A program made the translations under genes and the position numbers. This document shows positions 58,362 through 64,000 of a stretch of DNA of 64,000 nucleotides, piece after piece; positions within the stretch are counted from its first letter, which is position 1; every line of letters starts with the position of its first letter. The DNA is from a virus. Its lineage: Duplodnaviria > Caudoviricetes. Location: IMG/VR virus record IMGVR_UViG_3300044645_001661; one strand, 5' to 3'. The notes under the pieces were generated by a model. It ran no database searches. It was not told the DNA's origin and was given only the letters and a program-made list of their open reading frames with translations.

Positions 58362-58960
58362 ATAGTTTCGATACCGTAAAGAAATTAGAAGAATTAATAG
58401 CAAACTTTTTTGGATCACCATATGCAGTTGCAACTGATTGTTGTACCCATGCTATAGAATTGTGTTTAAGATATGAAAAGTATGACAATATTGAAATTCC
58501 AGAACAAACGTACATTTCAATTCCATTTACTGCAGAAAAACTTAATTTAAAATGGTCTTGGAAAAAAAATTATACCTGGCATGATCATTATTACATTTGG
58601 AATACAAATATAATAGATGCGGCTGTTTTTTGGGAACGGAATGGATATATACCAAAAACATATATGTGTTTAAGTTTTCAGTATAAAAAACATTTAAATC
58701 TTGGTAAAGGTGGCATGATACTATTAGACAATTATGATGCTTATACTGATCTTAAAAAAATGGTTTATGATGGTAGAGAATCTGATAAACCATGGGGAGA
58801 ACAGAACATTAAAACAATAGGATATCACTACTACATGACACCAGAAACTGCTGAAACTGGTATACATAAGTTTGAAGAAGTATCTTCTATGAAACCAAAA
58901 AGATGGAGTTATCTTAATTATCCATTTTTACCTAGTATGGATGTATTTAAAAAATTATGA
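58358..58960 (+). CDS. Short DegT/DnrJ/EryC1/StrS-type PLP aminotransferase
   Basis: YAVATDCCTHAIELCL, IDAA, SFQYKKHL.LG.GGMIL (PLP lysine region), GYHYYM; only 200 aa. Confidence 0.7.
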   Translation: MNSFDTVKKLEELIANFFGSPYAVATDCCTHAIELCLRYEKYDNIEIPEQTYISIPFTAEKLNLKWSWKKNYTWHDHYYIWNTNIIDAAVFWERNGYIPKTYMCLSFQYKKHLNLGKGGMILLDNYDAYTDLKKMVYDGRESDKPWGEQNIKTIGYHYYMTPETAETGIHKFEEVSSMKPKRWSYLNYPFLPSMDVFKKL

Positions 58961-59835
58961 ATTTAGATAATAAATTAAAAGGATTACCTCCAATATTTTA
59001 CCTAAATCTGGATCACAGAACAGATAGAAAGGAATATATGGAAGGGCAATTTAAAGAAAGAGGTATAACAGATTATACTAGAATATCAGCATCTCGATTT
59101 GCTACATCTAAAATTGATGAATGGGGGCATAGATTAGATTTGATGTTATTGGCTAAATCTGATGCATCTATCGTAATGAATCAGTTTACTACAATAATTG
59201 ATTGGTATAATTCTGGTATATCAGAAACTTGTATAATAATGCAAGATGATCTCAGTTTAGAATTAATTGATTATTGGATGTTTGATTGGGAAACAATTGT
59301 AAAAAGTTTGCCATATAATTGGGATTGTGTTCAATTTTATCATTGTCATAATGAAGAAATGCGTATGCACTTACATAAAAGAAGTTATGGAAGCTCATCT
59401 GCTGCTTGTTATATGATTAATAGATGGTACGCAGAAAAATTAATTAAATTGCACTTGCAACCAGATAATTCATTCAAACTTAAAAATAATTTAAAAGATG
59501 TAAGTGTTCCTAAAGAGTGTTATAGTAGTGATGATTTTCTATTATATCAAATTGGTGTAAGTTATAGTTTACCAATTTTGTGTTTGAATCAAAGACTTTC
59601 TCAAACTCCCGATAACAAATTGCAGGAAGATGAAACTGATGAAGACTATGATCCAGTAATAAGCATATATCATAATAAAATTCATGATATACTTGCTAGT
59701 ACATGTGTGAGAAGATGGTGGGAGAATGAAAGTTCAAAATATAAAGCGGAAGATATTTTAAGTTACGGTGGTTCAATCCATAGAAAAATGATCGTTCCTA
59801 TTCCTAAATTTAACAGAAAGGTACTTCCAAAATGA
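58957..59835 (+). CDS. GT25-like glycosyltransferase paralog 1
   Basis: YLNLDHRTDRKEYME, RISA, IIMQDD, LPYNWDCVQF. Confidence 0.65.
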   Translation: MNLDNKLKGLPPIFYLNLDHRTDRKEYMEGQFKERGITDYTRISASRFATSKIDEWGHRLDLMLLAKSDASIVMNQFTTIIDWYNSGISETCIIMQDDLSLELIDYWMFDWETIVKSLPYNWDCVQFYHCHNEEMRMHLHKRSYGSSSAACYMINRWYAEKLIKLHLQPDNSFKLKNNLKDVSVPKECYSSDDFLLYQIGVSYSLPILCLNQRLSQTPDNKLQEDETDEDYDPVISIYHNKIHDILASTCVRRWWENESSKYKAEDILSYGGSIHRKMIVPIPKFNRKVLPK

Positions 59836-60695
59836 ATATAGAATTAAATAAATTAAAAACAATAGGATTTCCCAAAGTTTTTTATTTGAATGCGGATTCT
59901 AGACCAGATAGGGGAAATTATATAGAATCATGTTTTGAAAAATGGGGAATAGAACGATACGAAAGAATTCCTACAAGTAGATATACTCCAACCAATTATC
60001 ATGAATGGGAAGATTTAATTTTAGATGATAATATTTTACAAACTCCAGAGGAAATATCTAAAACTATCAATCATTTAAAAACAATAATTGATTGGTATGA
60101 TAATGGGGATGAAGAATATTGTATAATAATGGATGATATTATTGATATTAACTCAATAGATACTTGGATGTTTGATTGGGAAACTCTATATAAAAATCTT
60201 CCATATAATTGGGATTGTGTGCATCTATTCTTTTATAGTAATAGAACTATTAATATGCACCTAAAACCAAAAGACGATGATACTAAGGGTGTGTATTGTT
60301 ATATGATAACACGACAATTTGCTAAAAAAATTAAACAACTTCATTATGTTGATGATAAGTTTAAATTTTTTGTTAATACTAGAAATTTAAAACTACCAGA
60401 ATATAAGTATGGATCTCTAGAATCATTTTTATTTGATTTGGGTATAACCTATACATTGCCCGTATTTTATTTGAGTCTAAAATATTTTGGTGAACCTAAA
60501 GAATTGGAAGATATTTTATGTAAACTTTCTTCGGAATCTATTGAGTTTTGGTGGAAAATAAAGTCTAAAGAATTTTCCATGCAAGAATTTTTCTCATACA
60601 ATAAAAGATATGATTGGAAAATGGAAGTTCTTTTTGACGTAAAAGAAAAACAAGTATATATGGATAAAGTTGAAAAAATAATGTTATGGATTTAA
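59832..60695 (+). CDS. GT25-like glycosyltransferase paralog 2
   Basis: YLNADSRPDR, NHL, IIMDD, LPYNWDCVHL. Confidence 0.65.
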   Translation: MNIELNKLKTIGFPKVFYLNADSRPDRGNYIESCFEKWGIERYERIPTSRYTPTNYHEWEDLILDDNILQTPEEISKTINHLKTIIDWYDNGDEEYCIIMDDIIDINSIDTWMFDWETLYKNLPYNWDCVHLFFYSNRTINMHLKPKDDDTKGVYCYMITRQFAKKIKQLHYVDDKFKFFVNTRNLKLPEYKYGSLESFLFDLGITYTLPVFYLSLKYFGEPKELEDILCKLSSESIEFWWKIKSKEFSMQEFFSYNKRYDWKMEVLFDVKEKQVYMDKVEKIMLWI

Positions 60696-61540
60696 AGAAC
60701 AAATTAAAAAATATGCCGAAAGTCTATTATTTTAATTTGGATAATAGAACTGATAGAAAAAAATATATGGAAAAACAATTTGATAGGTGGGGCATAACCT
60801 ATCAAAGAATATCTGGAACAAAATACTTAGCATCAAAAAATAAAGAATGGAATCATTTAATTATTGATGTAAAAAATTATAAGTTATTAGTTCCAATTGC
60901 AGCTAATGCAATATCTCATTTGGAATTTTTGAAGAAATGGTATGAAGAAACAACAGATCCATATGTTCTGTTGATGGAAGATGATTATGATTTAAACTTG
61001 ATACAATATTGGCATTTTGATTGGGATTACTTGATGTCAAGATTGCCATATGATTGGGATTGCTTGCAACTAGGATTTGAAAATCCAATAGGGATACCTT
61101 TTTATCTTCATCCGATGGCAACCTCTCATGATTTTGGTCCATGTTTACTTAGTAGAGATTATGTTTATAAATTAATCTCATTACACTGTGTCGGTGATAA
61201 GTACAAGTTAATTAATACAATATCCAATGGTGCCTGGAATGCAGAAGAAGGTGGATGTGGTTCTGGAACGGTAGATTATTTTATATGCCACTGTGGAAAA
61301 ACCTATTCTATACCTTTAATAACAATAAATCCAACATTCGGTAGTTTCGAAAATAATAGTCTACTTCAAAAACTCTATAGAAATAATGGGGATGTAATGG
61401 CTAGAAATACATATTATTATTGGTGGCAAAATGAAAGAGATAAATTTACCTTAGATGATTTTTTTACTTATGGTAAAAAATATGACCGTAAGATGATATT
61501 GGATCAAAATAAATATGGAAACTATAGACCTAGAAAATAA
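60686..61540 (+). CDS. GT25-like glycosyltransferase paralog 3
   Basis: YFNLDNRTDRKKYME, ISHL, LLMEDD, LPYDWDCLQLG. Confidence 0.75.
   Translation: MDLKNKLKNMPKVYYFNLDNRTDRKKYMEKQFDRWGITYQRISGTKYLASKNKEWNHLIIDVKNYKLLVPIAANAISHLEFLKKWYEETTDPYVLLMEDDYDLNLIQYWHFDWDYLMSRLPYDWDCLQLGFENPIGIPFYLHPMATSHDFGPCLLSRDYVYKLISLHCVGDKYKLINTISNGAWNAEEGGCGSGTVDYFICHCGKTYSIPLITINPTFGSFENNSLLQKLYRNNGDVMARNTYYYWWQNERDKFTLDDFFTYGKKYDRKMILDQNKYGNYRPRK
60974..61062 (+). repeat. 89-bp perfect direct repeat, copy 1 (in GT paralog 3)
   Basis: Identical base-for-base to 63513..63601. Confidence 0.9.
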
Positions 61541-62420
61541 ATTAAGGGGATTCCCCCATGTATATTATTTTAATCTCGATCAAAAAACTGATCGTAAAAA
61601 GTACATGGAAACCCAATTTGATCGTTGGGGTATAGAATATACTAGAATGTCATCTAACATATATTCTATATGGAATTATGACGATTGGACTACAAATAAG
61701 GTAACTGGTGACAAAAGTGATACCGATCAAAGACTTTATGCCCCAGCAATGATGCATTTTGAGTTATTTAAAAGGTGGTTACATGATACAGACGAAGAAT
61801 ATATTCTTGTAATGGAAGATGATTATGATTTAAGTTTAATCGAATATTGGCATTTTGATTGGAATTATTTGATGTCTAAATTGCCTTATGATTGGGATTG
61901 TATTCAATTGGGATTTGAGACTTCAAATGTAATATCATTTTACCTTCATCCAGTAAAAGAAGATTATTCATTTGGACCATGTTTATTTAAAAGAGAATAT
62001 GTAGAAAAACTTTTAAGACTTCATTCTGAAGGATTTAAATATAGATTTGATTTTAACATTTCCAATTGTCATTGGAGAGATAGAAGAAATTATAAAAATG
62101 CTGCAGGTTCTTTAGAATATTTTATGTGTCAATCTGGAAGAACGTATTCAATTCCTTTAATCGCTTTAAATCCTTATTTTAGTTTTTGGTATTATAAGGA
62201 TAAATGGATACCAAAGTCTTACTTTCAAATGTGCTATGATTCTTATTATGATTGGTGGCAAAATGATAGAGACAAATTCACTTTAGATGATTTTTTTACT
62301 TATGGAAAGGTAAATGATAAAATTATGGAAAGAAATCTAGAATATTGTGACACTAAATATTTTGAAGAAAAGACCAAAGTATGTAGAGAAAAATTTTTGA
62401 AAGAATATGGATTTAAGTAA
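61515..62420 (+). CDS. GT25-like glycosyltransferase paralog 4
   Basis: YFNLDQKTDRKKYME, MHF, LVMEDD, LPYDWDCIQLG. Confidence 0.75.
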   Translation: METIDLENKLRGFPHVYYFNLDQKTDRKKYMETQFDRWGIEYTRMSSNIYSIWNYDDWTTNKVTGDKSDTDQRLYAPAMMHFELFKRWLHDTDEEYILVMEDDYDLSLIEYWHFDWNYLMSKLPYDWDCIQLGFETSNVISFYLHPVKEDYSFGPCLFKREYVEKLLRLHSEGFKYRFDFNISNCHWRDRRNYKNAAGSLEYFMCQSGRTYSIPLIALNPYFSFWYYKDKWIPKSYFQMCYDSYYDWWQNDRDKFTLDDFFTYGKVNDKIMERNLEYCDTKYFEEKTKVCREKFLKEYGFK

Positions 62421-63207
62421 TAAGTTATTCGGAATACCAAAAGTATATTATTTTAATTATGATGAGCATAAAAATAGAAATTACCATATGGACAGAAATC
62501 TTGGTAATTTGAAAGTTGCTAATTATGAAAAAGTTTCAGCATCAAAATATACTTCTAAAAATTATGAAGATTGGAAAAATTTGATTATTGATGTTGAGAA
62601 TTATAAATTAACTCCAAATATTGCTGGATATGCAATTACTGTATTGGAATTTTTAAAAAGATGGTTAGAAGAAACTGATGAACCAGAATTAATTATAACA
62701 AAAGATACTATTGATTTTGATTTAATTGAATACTGGAAATTTGATTGGAATTATTTAAAATCCAGACTTCCTTATGATTGGGATTGTATTCAACTTGGAT
62801 TTGAAAATTCTCAGTATATACCATTTTATTTACATCCAATACTTCCTTCTAGTACTTTTGGTCCATCACTTCTCAATAGACACTATGTTAAAAAAATAGT
62901 TAAATTGCATTGTGTTGGAGATCAATATAAGTTGAATAATTATATTGCAAATATGTATTTCAGTGGACAATCTGGAACAGTTGATTATTTTATTGGACAT
63001 AATGGCAATACATACTCAATGCCACTATTCCCTAATAAACCAGAATTTTTTGACAAGAATACTAAAAAGTATGTTTTAGTTTACATTTGTAAAAATGCAT
63101 ATCATGAATGGTGGAAGCGAGAAAGTGGCAAATTTAATTTGGATGAGATATTTACTTATGGAAAATATAATGATATTGGAATGGTAAAAAAACTTCGTAA
63201 AAAATAA
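62407..63207 (+). CDS. GT25-like glycosyltransferase paralog 5 (degenerate motifs)
   Basis: YFNYDEHKNR, IITKDT in place of MEDD, LPYDWDCIQLG. Confidence 0.65.
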   Translation: MDLSNKLFGIPKVYYFNYDEHKNRNYHMDRNLGNLKVANYEKVSASKYTSKNYEDWKNLIIDVENYKLTPNIAGYAITVLEFLKRWLEETDEPELIITKDTIDFDLIEYWKFDWNYLKSRLPYDWDCIQLGFENSQYIPFYLHPILPSSTFGPSLLNRHYVKKIVKLHCVGDQYKLNNYIANMYFSGQSGTVDYFIGHNGNTYSMPLFPNKPEFFDKNTKKYVLVYICKNAYHEWWKRESGKFNLDEIFTYGKYNDIGMVKKLRKK

Positions 63208-63215
63208 TTAAAATT

Positions 63216-64000
63216 ATGAACATTAATTTGTCAAACAAACTAAAAGGACTGCCACACATCTATTATGTAAATTTGGATAATAGATCTGATAGAAAAAAAT
63301 ATATGGAGTCCCAGTTTGATTTTTGGAGAATAAAAGATTACACTAGAGTATCTTCTTCAAAATACTTAGCATCTGAATCTGAATCTTGGGCAAATAAAGT
63401 TATTGATGGGAGCATAAAAAATCTATCATCATATGTTGTTGGTAATGCAATAACACACTTAGAACTTTTAAAAGATTGGGTTAATAATTCTAGTGATGAA
63501 TATGTCATTTTAATGGAAGATGATTATGATTTAAACTTGATACAATATTGGCATTTTGATTGGGATTACTTGATGTCAAGATTGCCATATGATTGGGATT
63601 GTATTCAATTGGGATTTGAATCAAAAGAATTTATTCCATTCTTTTTACATCCTAAATTGAGACATAGTTATTTTGGTCCTATTATGATTACTAGAGAGTA
63701 TGCTAAAAAAATATTGCGATTGCATTGTGTCGGTGAAGACAAATATAGTTTAGATAAATTAATTGCTGATTATAATTTTAAAGTTTGTTCTACTTCTGTA
63801 GATTACTTTATGGGACATACTGGCAGAACGTACTCTATTCCATTAATAACTACAAATGTTGATCTAGGTAGCACTGAAAGTGATATACAAATAGAAAGAA
63901 GACATCATGTTAAATCTAGAGCCGCATACTATTATTGGTGGATGAAGAGAAGTATGAAGTATAATCTAGATGAATTTTTTACCTATGGAAAACCAAATGA
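63216..64000 (+). CDS. GT25-like glycosyltransferase paralog 6 (3'-truncated by the window; not in ORF track)
   Basis: Hand translation MNINLSNKLKGLPHIYYVNLDNRSDRKKYME...ITHL...ILMEDDY...LPYDWDCIQLG; open to the window end. Confidence 0.75.
   Translation, partial: MNINLSNKLKGLPHIYYVNLDNRSDRKKYMESQFDFWRIKDYTRVSSSKYLASESESWANKVIDGSIKNLSSYVVGNAITHLELLKDWVNNSSDEYVILMEDDYDLNLIQYWHFDWDYLMSRLPYDWDCIQLGFESKEFIPFFLHPKLRHSYFGPIMITREYAKKILRLHCVGEDKYSLDKLIADYNFKVCSTSVDYFMGHTGRTYSIPLITTNVDLGSTESDIQIERRHHVKSRAAYYYWWMKRSMKYNLDEFFTYGKPN
63513..63601 (+). repeat. 89-bp perfect direct repeat, copy 2 (in GT paralog 6)
   Basis: Identical base-for-base to 60974..61062. Confidence 0.9.

Noticed and set aside
290-61142. 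Remaining short overlapping ORFs in the six-frame track
   Set aside because: They are nested in or antisense to well-supported genes and lack motifs or start signals.
60974-63601. 89-bp repeat as a DGR template/variable repeat pair
   Set aside because: The copies are identical (no adenine-specific mismatches), both lie mid-gene, and there is no reverse transcriptase in the window.
1-64000. tRNA, rRNA or CRISPR arrays
   Set aside because: Intergenic gaps are short and show no cloverleaf or regularly spaced repeat-spacer pattern.

Overview
This window is the core of a T4-like myovirus genome. Gene order and protein sequences best fit a cyanophage-type lineage (Kyanoviridae-like); that host assignment is inferred, since no photosynthesis genes lie in the window. 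From left to right it holds: baseplate and large structural genes (gp7-position protein, gp8, VrlC/DUF4815-like), neck, tail and packaging genes (gp13-gp20), head assembly (gp21-gp23), gp3, uvsY/uvsW, gp55, gp47/gp46, a VWA-peptidase plus MoxR-type AAA pair, and the replisome (gp45, gp44, gp62, regA, hsp20, gp43, uvsX, gp41). Two AT-rich accessory enzyme cassettes stand out, and both sit behind T4-type late promoter boxes. (1) Two tandem cobalamin-binding radical-SAM genes lie on the minus strand between portal gp20 and the head genes, behind a palindromic back-to-back late promoter. (2) A terminator-insulated operon after gp41 encodes a GT-like protein, a 2OG-Fe(II) oxygenase, a sulfotransferase, a short DegT-type aminotransferase and at least six GT25-like paralogs, two of which share a perfect 89-bp tract. 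Together these suggest a late-acting virion or glycan tailoring system. Other signals are capsid-targeting-sequence-like N-termini on small ORFs, a candidate protease-processed polyprotein of internal head proteins, a gene-less antisense sigma70 promoter next to gp55, repeated motif-hairpin-promoter cassettes, a candidate RNA thermometer on hsp20 and a candidate late small RNA. I saw no tRNA, rRNA, CRISPR array, intron or intein. All family assignments come from motif recognition by eye, not database searches.
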